A stretch of DNA of 48,226 bases, from positions 1-48,226 of the forward strand of contig CAZWVR010000005.1 of NCBI GenBank assembly GCA_964637235.1, written 5' to 3'. How positions within the stretch are numbered: position 1 is the first letter of the stretch; each line of letters starts with the position of its first letter. This document shows positions 8,453 to 18,317 of this stretch, in pieces. Both the position numbers and the translations under genes were made by a program. The notes under the pieces were generated by a model. The model was not told the DNA's origin and ran no database searches. It saw only the letters and a program-made list of their open reading frames with translations. Origin of the DNA: an uncultured Bacteroidales bacterium. Lineage in GTDB: Bacteria; Bacteroidota; Bacteroidia; Bacteroidales; S143-33.

Positions 8453-9436
8453 TTGAATAATTTTTTAGAGTTAAAAAATTTAGTTATTGGGTATAGAAAG
8501 CCTTTAAGCAAACCTATAAATTTATCGGTAGGGGAATATGGTCTAACAGGTTTATTGGGCATTAATGGTATAGGAAAAACAACATTATTAAAGACTATTG
8601 CTAATCTTGTAAAACCATTTGAAGGAGAGGTACTGTTCAGGGGTAAGAAGCTTTCTGAATATTCTATTAAAGTTCTTGCACGTTATATAACATATACGAA
8701 TAATATAATGTTTCGTGCGGGTATGCTTGTTAGTGATTTTTTAGAATTAGCTTTTTTGCCGTATTCTTCTTTTCCGGAAAAGTTGAGAGATAAAAAAATA
8801 GCCTATATTGCTGAAAAATTCGAGATTGTTGATTTACTCTCTAAGCGAATGGAACAATTAAGTGATGGCCAAAGACAATTGATAAATATTGCGCGCATTC
8901 TACTTCAAGATACTGAAATAGTTTTATTAGACGAGCCGTTTAATTTTTTAGACATAAAAAATATATTTTTCGTTTTGGGCATTTTGAAGGAATTTTCTTT
9001 AAAAGGTAAATTTATTATTTTTTCTACTCATCAGTTGCGTATAGCTCTTCAATATTCTGATTTTGTGTGGGTTATAAAAGATGGTGAACTATTATATGGA
9101 GTTCCTGAGCAGATGGCTTTAAACAATGTTTTTGATAATTTATTTCATACCAATAATATTATTTTTAGCCATAAAGAGATGGATTTTCAGATTAACCAGA
9201 ATCATAAGCAGTATAAAATACAGCTTATATTCGGGAAGGATCATAAAAGGAATATGTGGACAGAGCGATTTTTGTATCGTAAAGGTTTTCAGATTGTGTC
9301 TGATGCAGAGGTTTCTGTTAAGATAGATAAAGAATATTGGTTTTTACAGACGAAAAAAGAAACATTTACGTTTAAAGATTTGGGAGGTTTAAGCAGAAAG
9401 CTAAATGAATTGTATAATATTTCAAACAATTGCTAA
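8453..9436 (+). CDS. ABC transporter ATP-binding protein (FecE/BtuD-like)
   Basis: Walker A GINGIGKT, signature LSDGQ, Walker B VLLDEP and H-loop STH. TTG start. Confidence 0.88.
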   Translation: MNNFLELKNLVIGYRKPLSKPINLSVGEYGLTGLLGINGIGKTTLLKTIANLVKPFEGEVLFRGKKLSEYSIKVLARYITYTNNIMFRAGMLVSDFLELAFLPYSSFPEKLRDKKIAYIAEKFEIVDLLSKRMEQLSDGQRQLINIARILLQDTEIVLLDEPFNFLDIKNIFFVLGILKEFSLKGKFIIFSTHQLRIALQYSDFVWVIKDGELLYGVPEQMALNNVFDNLFHTNNIIFSHKEMDFQINQNHKQYKIQLIFGKDHKRNMWTERFLYRKGFQIVSDAEVSVKIDKEYWFLQTKKETFTFKDLGGLSRKLNELYNISNNC

Positions 9437-9467
9437 TTTATAGCTTGAGTATTTAAAAAAATAAAAG

Positions 9468-10715
9468 ATGAAAAAAATAGTCGTTATTCATGTTTTTATG
9501 AGTATAGTATTTGTTTTGAATGCACAGCGTCTTGATAAAATAGATTTATTGTATAGAAAAGGGAATTATGAAAAAGCAATAGAAAAAGCGGAAAAAGTTA
9601 TAAAAAAACATCCTAAGGTACCGGATACTTATTATTATGTAGCGCTTTCTGAGTTTGGTTTATATAATAAGGCAGAGAGATTACGTAAGAAGTATTATAT
9701 GCAGAAAGCAATATCTTATACAATAAAGGGCTTTAATAGAGATAGTTCTAAAAGTGTATTTGAGGAATATAAAGACGAATATAGCATTTTACATGATAGT
9801 CTTAAACAGTTGGCTATTAGGTTATATCATTCAAAGAGACCTTCAGATGCTGAATATTTTTTGAAGTATTTAGCTATTATTTTCAATGATACGATAGCAG
9901 AATATAGAGAGTTGTTAGCTCAGCGAGAAGCGTCAAAGGTTCAAAAATATGAGCAGCAACTTGCATTTAAAGAATATTCAGGACCGATAAATCAGAAGGA
10001 TTTACAAGGCAGAAAACAAGGAGTATGGATAGAAAAATATGATGATGGAACGATTAAATCTGAGATTTTTTATAAAGATGGTCATCCTGCGGGGGTATTT
10101 AGGCTATATTATCCGGATGGAAGGTTAAAAGCGAATTTATATTTTGATCCGAGTGGTACACGAGCCTCAGCTATTTTATACAGAAAAGATGGTTCAAAAT
10201 TAGCAATGGGGTATTATTGGAAGCATAAAAAAGATAGTTTGTGGCAATATTTTCATAATGATAGCATAGTTATTGCTGAGGAACATTGGACAAAGGGGAT
10301 TAAGAACGGGGCAGAATATGTCTATTCCATATATTATTATCCAAATATTTTGGAAGAGAAGCATTGGAAAAATGGGAAATTGGATAGTATATACGTACGT
10401 TATTATCCGTGGGGTACACCTAAGTTTGTGGCTTTTTACAAGAATGGGTTAAGAGAGGGACCTATAAATGTTTTTGATGAGAATGGTAAGCTTATACAAA
10501 AAGGTTTTTATAAAGATGATTTACCGGATAGTATATGGACATATTGGAATGACAGTACTAAAACTTATGATACGCTTATATATAACAATGGGAAGCTTTT
10601 ACCCAAGTATCAGGAAATGGAAAGTAAGAAATTAGAGGAGATATTAAATAGGAAGCTTAATATTGATATCAATCAGTTTTTTATAGAAAATAGACGGGAG
10701 GAGGATAATCAGTAA
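9468..10715 (+). CDS. Secreted TPR + MORN2-like repeat protein (YwqK-like)
   Basis: Signal peptide and N-terminal TPR-like helices, then repeated GxWxxYYxxGxxKxExxYKxG units. Confidence 0.78.
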   Translation: MKKIVVIHVFMSIVFVLNAQRLDKIDLLYRKGNYEKAIEKAEKVIKKHPKVPDTYYYVALSEFGLYNKAERLRKKYYMQKAISYTIKGFNRDSSKSVFEEYKDEYSILHDSLKQLAIRLYHSKRPSDAEYFLKYLAIIFNDTIAEYRELLAQREASKVQKYEQQLAFKEYSGPINQKDLQGRKQGVWIEKYDDGTIKSEIFYKDGHPAGVFRLYYPDGRLKANLYFDPSGTRASAILYRKDGSKLAMGYYWKHKKDSLWQYFHNDSIVIAEEHWTKGIKNGAEYVYSIYYYPNILEEKHWKNGKLDSIYVRYYPWGTPKFVAFYKNGLREGPINVFDENGKLIQKGFYKDDLPDSIWTYWNDSTKTYDTLIYNNGKLLPKYQEMESKKLEEILNRKLNIDINQFFIENRREEDNQ

Positions 10716-11512
10716 GTTTTTTTGTTATAAAAAGCTGCAAGTTTTGCGTAGTAGTCTGATATAGTATTTTCGAAGTGTTGGGAATGAGCTTTTATCCATT
10801 TAAATTCTATGTATTTACCTTCTGTTAGTTTATCGTATAATTTCCAGAATTCGATATTTTTGACTTTTTTACCTTGGATTGTGAACCATTGATTTAATTT
10901 CCAGTTTTCGATCCATTCAGTTAAGCCTTTTATTACATATCTGCTATCAGTGTTAATTCGTAATTGAGAGATATTATTAAGAGATTGTAAACCTTTGATA
11001 ACAGCCATAAGTTCTAATAGTGTGCTACTCATAGGTTTTAGAGTTTGTCCCCATACAATAGATAGTTTTCCATTTAAATTTTTAATAATGGCAGCATATC
11101 CACCACGGCGTTTTTCTTTATAGTAGCAGCCGTCGGTATAAAGTTCTATGATATTTTTTTTGCCATATTTTTTAGTGTATATATTATAGTTTCCTTCTCG
11201 GCGATCTAATACGACAATTTTTGTTAAGTCATTAAAAGCTTCTACTTGTTTATTATTTTTTATAACAAAGTTAACTTTAAATCCGGGGTAATATGTTTCT
11301 GGTTTTTTATTATGGAGCATTTTTCGTAGTTGATATTCGTGGCGAATAAAAAAAAAGGTTAATTTATCGTTATTGAAAAATACCAGATTTTTAGAGATAG
11401 GGGCAAATGCAATAAATGTACTATTTCCGTTTGTATCGCTAATTTTGATTTTATAGAAGTTTGAAATTTTTTCGCTGATTTCCAAGGTAAATATTTTATT
11501 TTTATTGGCCAT
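10709..11512 (-). CDS. rnhA: Ribonuclease HI with an extra N-terminal domain
   Basis: Preferred start ATG at 11512. The C-terminal half has YTDG, ELMAVI, TDSRYV, WKLNQW, VKNIEFW and WIKAH...N..SD, covering the D-E-D-D catalytic set. Confidence 0.88.
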   Translation of the reverse strand: MANKNKIFTLEISEKISNFYKIKISDTNGNSTFIAFAPISKNLVFFNNDKLTFFFIRHEYQLRKMLHNKKPETYYPGFKVNFVIKNNKQVEAFNDLTKIVVLDRREGNYNIYTKKYGKKNIIELYTDGCYYKEKRRGGYAAIIKNLNGKLSIVWGQTLKPMSSTLLELMAVIKGLQSLNNISQLRINTDSRYVIKGLTEWIENWKLNQWFTIQGKKVKNIEFWKLYDKLTEGKYIEFKWIKAHSQHFENTISDYYAKLAAFYNKKTY

Positions 11513-12047
11513 AATTGATATTATTTTGTGGCTTTTTAATTTTTTTAAGATAAATATCGTAAACAATTATTGAGCGTGGAGGAATTTTGTTTTCATCTCC
11601 CAGCAATCCGTGTGCTAAATAGGGAGGGAATATAAAGTGGGCTCTATCTCCTTCGTGCATGAGGACAATTCCTTGATGTACACCGCTTTCTATATCGCCA
11701 TAGTTAATTTTAAACGTTTTAGGACCCAGTGAATCAGAAGTATAGCATAAAGTACCGTCAAGTAGTTCTATTCTGTATTCGATAGTAGCAATATCTCCTG
11801 GTTGTGCTTGTGCTCCGTTTCCATGTTGATATATTTCATACCAAAAGCCAGTTTTGGCTTGTTTCATATGCCATCCTTTTCGCTTGATGTAGCTTTGAAT
11901 ACGTTCCTGATCTTCTTTAACCAGAAATTTATTTATGCGAATGAGTACGCTGTCATATTTTGAGAGGTCTTTATGTTTATATGTTTCTTTATGTGCACAA
12001 GCAGCGAGAACGCTGAATAATAGTATGAAGTAGATTTTATTTTTCAT
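11502..12047 (-). CDS. FKBP-type peptidyl-prolyl isomerase lipoprotein (GldI-like)
   Basis: Lipobox LAAC; FKBP motifs LLDGT, MHEGDRAHFIFPPYLAHG and IPPRSIIVYDI. Confidence 0.88.
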   Translation of the reverse strand: MKNKIYFILLFSVLAACAHKETYKHKDLSKYDSVLIRINKFLVKEDQERIQSYIKRKGWHMKQAKTGFWYEIYQHGNGAQAQPGDIATIEYRIELLDGTLCYTSDSLGPKTFKINYGDIESGVHQGIVLMHEGDRAHFIFPPYLAHGLLGDENKIPPRSIIVYDIYLKKIKKPQNNINYGQ

Positions 12048-12156
12048 TTTGATATATTTTGGATTTATTTTTGGCTTAGGATTTTGTTAGCTTATTTAGC
12101 TTTTAGAAATTAAAAGTTGAGTGTATTTTCTTATTTTGGCGATTAATTTTGCTACT

Positions 12157-13185
12157 TTATATTTTGTTTTCATTCACTTGTAGTATAGGTAATACTTTAT
12201 ATTCAAAATATTTGATAGCTTCTGTGATATTGCCATAAAAAGTTCCACCTGAGGCATTTTTATGCCCTCCGCCGTCAAAATATTTTGCTGCTATATTATT
12301 GACCGGATAATCACCTATGGATCGTATTGATATGCGAACTTTGTTTTCTTCGTCCTCTAAAAACAAGAACGAAATATGCACCTGAGAAATTGTCAGTGGA
12401 ATATTGACTATTTCTTCGTGGTCTCCTTTTTTATAATTAAAGCGTTTTTTATCCTCGTTTGAGATAGGTATTAAGGCTATTGTTTTGTTATTGTAGATTT
12501 TCATTTTTTTGTAGAGTAGGTAGCCTAAGAAACGCGTTCTTTCTTCTGAATAATTGCGATATAATCTATTTATTATCAGTTCTTTATTTATTTTATAGCT
12601 TAAAATTTCTGCTGCTGCTTTATGGGTATTTTCGTCAGTTGAATTATAGCAGAAACAGCCTGTATCGCTTAGTATTCCTAAGTAAATAAATTCAGCCACT
12701 TTTTTGTCTATATATTTTAAATTCCATTCTTTCATTATATTCCAGATTATTTCGGCAGTGGAACTAATTTGCGGAAATGAAAAATCTATATCGGCAATTA
12801 TTTTTGGTGAGGGGTGGTGGTCTATTAAAATTTTAAAAGCATTGGTACTTTCGACGATTTCGGCTAAATTATCCATTCTTTTATAATCATTGAAATCCAG
12901 CATATAAATTATTTGGGAGTGCATAATGGCATTTGTTGTTTCAGAAGGGTCTTTTGTATGTATTAGGATATTACGATATGAGAGTATCCAGTTGAAATAT
13001 TCGGGTATATCGGTAGGACTAATTATAAACACTTCAAGGTCTGTTTTCATATTTTCTAAATAGTAAGCTAATCCGAATGAAGAGCCCAGAGCATCGCCAT
13101 CTGGATTTTTGTGGATAATTATTGAAATTTTTTTAGCGTCTGTATGAGAAAAGGTTAGTATGTCAATATTTTGTTTTTCTATCAT
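12157..13185 (-). CDS. nrnA: DHH family phosphoesterase (bifunctional oligoribonuclease/PAP phosphatase)
   Basis: Motifs HKNPDGDALGS, IDHH, SSTAE, DTG, SIRS and GGGHKNASG. Confidence 0.93.
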   Translation of the reverse strand: MIEKQNIDILTFSHTDAKKISIIIHKNPDGDALGSSFGLAYYLENMKTDLEVFIISPTDIPEYFNWILSYRNILIHTKDPSETTNAIMHSQIIYMLDFNDYKRMDNLAEIVESTNAFKILIDHHPSPKIIADIDFSFPQISSTAEIIWNIMKEWNLKYIDKKVAEFIYLGILSDTGCFCYNSTDENTHKAAAEILSYKINKELIINRLYRNYSEERTRFLGYLLYKKMKIYNNKTIALIPISNEDKKRFNYKKGDHEEIVNIPLTISQVHISFLFLEDEENKVRISIRSIGDYPVNNIAAKYFDGGGHKNASGGTFYGNITEAIKYFEYKVLPILQVNENKI

Positions 13186-13273
13186 ATAAAATGGCTTTAT
13201 AGCTTAATTGAGCAAAAAAACAATATTTTTTTGTTTAATAAAAATTTTTTTGCTTTGCAAATAAAAAAGAATT

Positions 13274-13720
13274 ATGGCAGGAAAATACACTTTAACAATG
13301 ATTAAACCCACAGCAGTAAAACGTGGGTATGCAGGTGAAATTATAAAAATGATAACAGATGGAGGTTTTCGTATTGCTGCAATGAAAATGCTTGCAATGC
13401 GTAAGGAACAAGCTATGGAATTTTACAAAGTGCATAAAGATAAACCTTTTTATAATGAGCTTGTGGAATTTATGACCTCAGGTCCTATATTTGCGGCTGT
13501 CTTAGAAAAAGAAAATGCTGTACAGGCTTTTAGGGATTATATTGGTAAAACTAATCCAGCCGAAGCTGCTCCGGACACTATACGCGGTAAATTCGGTGTA
13601 TCGATACAGGAAAACTGTGTTCATGGTTCAGACAGCGATGAGAACGCTCTCCGCGAAATAAAATTCTTTTTCTCTACAAGTGAGATCTTTGATAAAGAGG
13701 GCAATCTTATTGATTTATAA
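13274..13720 (+). CDS. ndk: Nucleoside diphosphate kinase
   Basis: Motifs TLTMIKP, FYxVHKDKPFY, MTSGP, GKTNP and NCVHGSDS (catalytic His). Confidence 0.97.
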   Translation: MAGKYTLTMIKPTAVKRGYAGEIIKMITDGGFRIAAMKMLAMRKEQAMEFYKVHKDKPFYNELVEFMTSGPIFAAVLEKENAVQAFRDYIGKTNPAEAAPDTIRGKFGVSIQENCVHGSDSDENALREIKFFFSTSEIFDKEGNLIDL

Positions 13721-13776
13721 TATCTATCCATTAAACATAGACAGAGTAAGCAGCTTTAAATTTAAAGTTTTTAAGG

Positions 13777-13800
13777 TCGGCGAGTTTTTTGGCTCGCCGA
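13777..13800. terminator. Hairpin downstream of ndk
   Basis: TCGGCGAG and CTCGCCGA form a perfect 8-bp GC-rich stem, extendable by T-G pairs. Confidence 0.6.
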
Positions 13801-13854
13801 ATTATCTTATTGAGTTATCTTTTGGCGCTAATGATGCAAAATTCTGTTTAATAG

Positions 13855-15597
13855 ATGAAACATAAAAGAAGTAAAATATTTCTTGTTTTGCTTTTATACC
13901 CCGTTGTACTCTTGGCGAATAATGGGGAAACTACACAAAAATTAAACTGGTTTTTGATAATTACTACATTATTAGGAGGTTTGGCTCTGTTCCTATATGG
14001 TATGGAGCAGATGAGTGAGAGTTTAAAACGTTCCGCAGGTAATAGATTACGTAAAATTCTTGCCAGTCTTTCTAAAAATAGGTTTATAGGACTTCTTGTT
14101 GGTGCTTTTGTAACTATGATAATACAGTCAAGCAGTGCGACCACTGTTATGCTTGTAAGTTTTGTTAATGCAGGATTGATGGATTTTGGTAGAACTCTTG
14201 GAATAATTTTAGGAGCAAATATTGGAACAACTATAACAGCCCAAATAATTGCTTTTAAAATTACCGATTATGCAATCATTATCATTACGATAGGTTTTTT
14301 ATTGATGTCTATTAGCAAAAAGCAGTATATTAAAGAGCTTGGGAATACGCTTATAGGTTTTGGTTTGCTATTTTATGGTATGGAATTGATGAGCGATGCT
14401 ATGAAGCCGCTTAGGACTTATCCTCCTTTGATAGATATGTTGAAGAATCTTAGAAATCCGCTTATTGGAGTACTTACAGGTATGATAATGACTGCTATAA
14501 TTCAGAGTAGTAGTGCATTTACAGGCATCATAATAATTTTAGCCCAACAGCATTTAGTAGGTTTACAGGAAGGAATAACACTAATTTTGGGCGCTAATAT
14601 AGGTACTTGTATTACAGCAGCTTTGGCGAGTATAAAGGGTAATAGAGCTGCAAGAAGAGTGGCAATAGCACATATAACATTTAAGACGCTTGGCGTTATA
14701 TTTTTTATTTTTTGGATACCTAAGTATGCTGAAATTGTAAAATTTGTTAGCTCTTTTATGAACGCTGATGCAGGGAGAGAAATTGCCAATGCTCATACAA
14801 TATTTAACGTGATTAACGCATTCATTTTCTTACCTTTTACCGGTAAAATTGCAGAAATTATTACTAAAATTTATCCGGATAAAAAAGTTGCATCTGAATT
14901 TGAACCACAAATTAGGCATTTAGATGAAAATGTATTGCATCATCCTTCTATTGCAATAGATTTAGCACGTGCAGAGATTGGTAATCTTATTAAATTGAAT
15001 ATTAGAATGCTTCAAGATGTTCTTAAACCTTTTTTTGAAAAATCTATGCCGTATGATAGGACTTATAAAAATATGACTATACCACAGGCAATGAAAATAC
15101 GGGAGAAAAAAGTTGATTTCCTTGAAAAAAGAATCACTGAATATTTGCTTAAAATTACTGCAAATCAACTGGATCAAAAATTATCCAATGAAGTTTTTGC
15201 TTTAATAACTACGACGAATTATTTAGAAAGTATTGCAGATGTTGTAATTGACGATATTTTACCTCTAATAGAGAAAAAGCAACAATTAAATGTAGATTTT
15301 TCCGATGAAGGCAAAAATGAATTGAAGGCATATCATACTAATCTTATAAAGCAGCTATCTCGCCTTTATGAATATTTTTCAACTCGGGATATTGAAACAG
15401 CTAAAAAGATTATGCAGAAATGGGAAAAATATAAAAAGCTTGATATTCAGTATAGAATAAGTCATTATCAAAGAATGCACAAAAATCCGCATTCTATTGC
15501 TACGCATAGATTACATATGGAACTAATGGATCATTTTGAGCAAATAGGTTTTTATATTAACAGTATTGCCAATGCATTATTAAAGTTGGAGCAATGA
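13855..15597 (+). CDS. Na+/phosphate cotransporter (SLC34/NptA family) with PhoU-like C-terminal domain
   Basis: Two QSSS repeats, two GANIGT motifs, GGLALFLYGM, ANAHTIFN and a helical C-terminal domain. Confidence 0.93.
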   Translation: MKHKRSKIFLVLLLYPVVLLANNGETTQKLNWFLIITTLLGGLALFLYGMEQMSESLKRSAGNRLRKILASLSKNRFIGLLVGAFVTMIIQSSSATTVMLVSFVNAGLMDFGRTLGIILGANIGTTITAQIIAFKITDYAIIIITIGFLLMSISKKQYIKELGNTLIGFGLLFYGMELMSDAMKPLRTYPPLIDMLKNLRNPLIGVLTGMIMTAIIQSSSAFTGIIIILAQQHLVGLQEGITLILGANIGTCITAALASIKGNRAARRVAIAHITFKTLGVIFFIFWIPKYAEIVKFVSSFMNADAGREIANAHTIFNVINAFIFLPFTGKIAEIITKIYPDKKVASEFEPQIRHLDENVLHHPSIAIDLARAEIGNLIKLNIRMLQDVLKPFFEKSMPYDRTYKNMTIPQAMKIREKKVDFLEKRITEYLLKITANQLDQKLSNEVFALITTTNYLESIADVVIDDILPLIEKKQQLNVDFSDEGKNELKAYHTNLIKQLSRLYEYFSTRDIETAKKIMQKWEKYKKLDIQYRISHYQRMHKNPHSIATHRLHMELMDHFEQIGFYINSIANALLKLEQ

Positions 15598-16364
15598 CCA
15601 TATCCAAACAAGAGATAAAATTTGTCAATAGTTTAAAAATAAAAAAGTATCGGTATAGGCATAAAAAGTTTGTATGTGAGGGTAAAAAAAATTTTGAGGC
15701 TTTATTAAAGTCTGGTTATCAAATTGATAATGTGTATCTTACAAAGTCCGCATATGAAAATTTTGGTAATAAGATAAATGATTTACCGTATAAAATTGTT
15801 TCTGAGGAAGTTTTTTCAAAAATATCGTCGTTAAAAAATCCGCAAGGGGTTTTGGCGATAGTTAATATGCCGCAGCAAGAATTTGATATTTCAGTAATTG
15901 TAAAAGAGCTTACAATTTTTTTGGATAAGATACAAGATCCGGGGAATATGGGGACAATATTGCGCTTAGCATATTGGTTCGGGGTAAAAACTGTTTTATG
16001 TTCTGTGGATACTGTGGATATATATAATCCTAAAACGATACAAGCTTCTATGGGAGCTATTTTCCAGACGCAAGTTTTTTATGTAAATGCGAAGGAAGTA
16101 TTATCCGAACTAAAAACACAAATACCTATATACGGCACTTTTGCAGATGGTGAAAATATATACAGAGGGAAGTTTAACATACCAGCTGTTGTTGTTTTTG
16201 GTAATGAAGGGAATGGTATTTCGCCAGAGTTGTATCAATTTTTTGATAAAAAAATATCGGTTCCGAGTTTATCTCAGGGAGATTTAACAGATTCGTTGAA
16301 TGTAGGAGTAGCCGCAGGGATTATACTTTCAAAGTTGTTAGAAAGTAAGTTAAAATTTTTATAG
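15594..16364 (+). CDS. TrmH/SpoU family RNA 2'-O-methyltransferase
   Basis: Motifs IQDPGNMGTILR, FGNEGNGI and SLNVGVAAGI. ATGA overlap with the upstream gene. Confidence 0.92.
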   Translation: MTISKQEIKFVNSLKIKKYRYRHKKFVCEGKKNFEALLKSGYQIDNVYLTKSAYENFGNKINDLPYKIVSEEVFSKISSLKNPQGVLAIVNMPQQEFDISVIVKELTIFLDKIQDPGNMGTILRLAYWFGVKTVLCSVDTVDIYNPKTIQASMGAIFQTQVFYVNAKEVLSELKTQIPIYGTFADGENIYRGKFNIPAVVVFGNEGNGISPELYQFFDKKISVPSLSQGDLTDSLNVGVAAGIILSKLLESKLKFL

Positions 16365-16366
16365 AT

Positions 16367-16430
16367 AGCAAAGGGACTGCGTTATTCGCCTTTATCAGTT
16401 AAAGTAGGCGTTATGCAGTCCCTTTTTGCT
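16367..16430. terminator. Long bidirectional terminator hairpin between trmH and the Mbs-like operon
   Basis: AAAGGGACTGC (16370-16380) pairs with GCAGTCCCTTT (16415-16425), with an inner CGCCT/AGGCG pair and a following T tract. Confidence 0.75.
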
Positions 16431-16434
16431 TTTT

Positions 16435-18300
16435 TTATTCTTTATTTAGCAGTAATTTTTCAATACCTTTTACAGCTCTAAAACCGTCTGCAATAGCACT
16501 TATAGCATCAGCGGTTCTATTGACTGCGTCACCACCGGCGAATATTTTAGGATCTCCGGTTTGTCTGAATTCATTAGTTTTAATTCTACCTCTTTCAATT
16601 TGGATTTTTTCCTTAAATTTATCTGGGATAAATGAGTAATCAGCACCTTGACCGATTGCGGCAATGACAGCAGTTACTTCGATTTCAGTTTCAGAGCCTT
16701 CGATAGGCACAGGACGTGGGCGACCGCCTTTTGGATCAGGAACCATTTCTGCTTTTAGGTACACGAGTTTTTTAACGTGTCCGTTTTCATCACCGATGAT
16801 TTTTACGGGGATACCTTGTGGTATAATTTTTACGCCTTCGGCTTCTGCACCTTCTATTTCTTCCCAATCAGCGGGCATATCTTTTACTCTACGGCGGTAT
16901 AGAATAGTAACATCAGCGCCGAGACGTCTGGCAACGCGAGCTGCGTCAATAGCTACATTTCCTCCACCGATTACAACTACTTTATCGCCTATTTCTACAA
17001 TTTTGTTTGGTTCTTTTATTTTAATAACATTACCTTTTTCATCTCTTACGAAATTGCCATTTTCGTCTTTGAGGAATACGTTATTTACTTCTCGCAAGAA
17101 GTTTATTGCTTGCATAGCTCCTTCAAGGTCTTCTCCTTCAATTCCGAGTTTCCAACCTACTTGAAAACCTACACCTATAAATACAGCGTCGAAGTTGTTG
17201 TATATTTCTTCAAAAGAGATGTCTTTACCTACTCTTGTATTGTATTTTATTTTGACGCCGACTTTTTCCATATATTCAATTTGCTTATACAAGCTATCTA
17301 CTGGGAAACGATATTTAGGTATTCCCCAGGTTATCATTCCACCGGCTTTATTAGTTGCTTCAAAAACAGTGACGTCAAAACCTTTAAGTTTGAGATAATA
17401 AGCAGCGGTAAGTCCAGCCGGACCTGCACCTATAATACCGACTTTAAAGCCATTATCTGGTTTAATTTCAGGATTTATGATTTCGTAAAGTATATCAGCA
17501 GTTTCGGCACGTTCAATAGCGTATCTTTTTAGCCATCTGATAGCGAGAGGTTCTCCGCGTTTCGTGACAGCGCATACTTCTTCACATCTACGTGTACATA
17601 CTTTACCACACATTTCGGGCAGCGGGTTATTATCGTATATAATTCTGATAGCATCTTCGTCGTTTCCTGCGGCGATAGCATTTATATATTCCGGTATATG
17701 CATATGTTCAGGGCAAGCTTCTGTACAAAGTCCACAACCGAGACATCTGCGAGCTTCTTCGCGTGCCTGTTCTTCTGTATATCCTAAAACAACTTCTGCG
17801 AATGATTTTACTCGTTCTTCACCTTCTAATTCAGGCATTGGCACTCTATGGAGCTCTGTAAGAGTAGTTTGCGGGGTACTTATAAATGATGCTCTTTGAT
17901 AGCCATCAGGATTACTAACGCCGGGTGTCCAGAGGAAATCCTCAGGATTTTCGCTAACAAAGATATAGTCTTTTGTCAGACGTAATGAACCAGTAGGGCA
18001 TACTTCTACGCATAGTGCACACCAACAACATCTTCCGTTATCTACTCTTGGTCTTAGACCTGAGTCTCCTTTTTTCGGTTCAATGCCTTCAACAGGCACC
18101 ATATCAATAGCCTTGTTCATACATATTGTGGAACAATTCCCACAGCCAATACATAGTTCCAGATCATTATAGTGTAGTCCTCTGTATCTATCGGAGGCTT
18201 CAACTTCAATTTGCGGGACTAATAGAGTATGGGGCTTTTTGCCCAATTGTGATAATGTTGTTAAAGGTTGAACCGTACCTTTTATATTGAAAAATCCCAT
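16435..18300 (-). CDS. MbsN/NuoI-like 2[4Fe-4S] subunit fused to a GltD-like FAD/NAD(P)H oxidoreductase
   Basis: N-terminus has [17 protein letters not shown] and [12 protein letters not shown]. Then CLGC..CTEACP and CGKVC...CEEVC (GltD/DPD Fe-S domain), GAGPAG (FAD), [11 protein letters not shown]...YRR (NADPH-type site) and FAGGD. Confidence 0.9.
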   Translation of the reverse strand: MGFFNIKGTVQPLTTLSQLGKKPHTLLVPQIEVEASDRYRGLHYNDLELCIGCGNCSTICMNKAIDMVPVEGIEPKKGDSGLRPRVDNGRCCWCALCVEVCPTGSLRLTKDYIFVSENPEDFLWTPGVSNPDGYQRASFISTPQTTLTELHRVPMPELEGEERVKSFAEVVLGYTEEQAREEARRCLGCGLCTEACPEHMHIPEYINAIAAGNDEDAIRIIYDNNPLPEMCGKVCTRRCEEVCAVTKRGEPLAIRWLKRYAIERAETADILYEIINPEIKPDNGFKVGIIGAGPAGLTAAYYLKLKGFDVTVFEATNKAGGMITWGIPKYRFPVDSLYKQIEYMEKVGVKIKYNTRVGKDISFEEIYNNFDAVFIGVGFQVGWKLGIEGEDLEGAMQAINFLREVNNVFLKDENGNFVRDEKGNVIKIKEPNKIVEIGDKVVVIGGGNVAIDAARVARRLGADVTILYRRRVKDMPADWEEIEGAEAEGVKIIPQGIPVKIIGDENGHVKKLVYLKAEMVPDPKGGRPRPVPIEGSETEIEVTAVIAAIGQGADYSFIPDKFKEKIQIERGRIKTNEFRQTGDPKIFAGGDAVNRTADAISAIADGFRAVKGIEKLLLNKE

Positions 18301-18317
18301 AATTTCATTTTTTTAAA

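Noticed and set aside
9468-10715. YwqK antitoxin of a toxin-antitoxin pair
   Set aside because: The similarity is only a generic MORN2 repeat, and no toxin-like gene is adjacent.
16435-18300. Glutamate synthase small subunit (gltD)
   Set aside because: There is no gltB in the window, and the protein is fused to a NuoI-like domain at the end of the respiratory operon.
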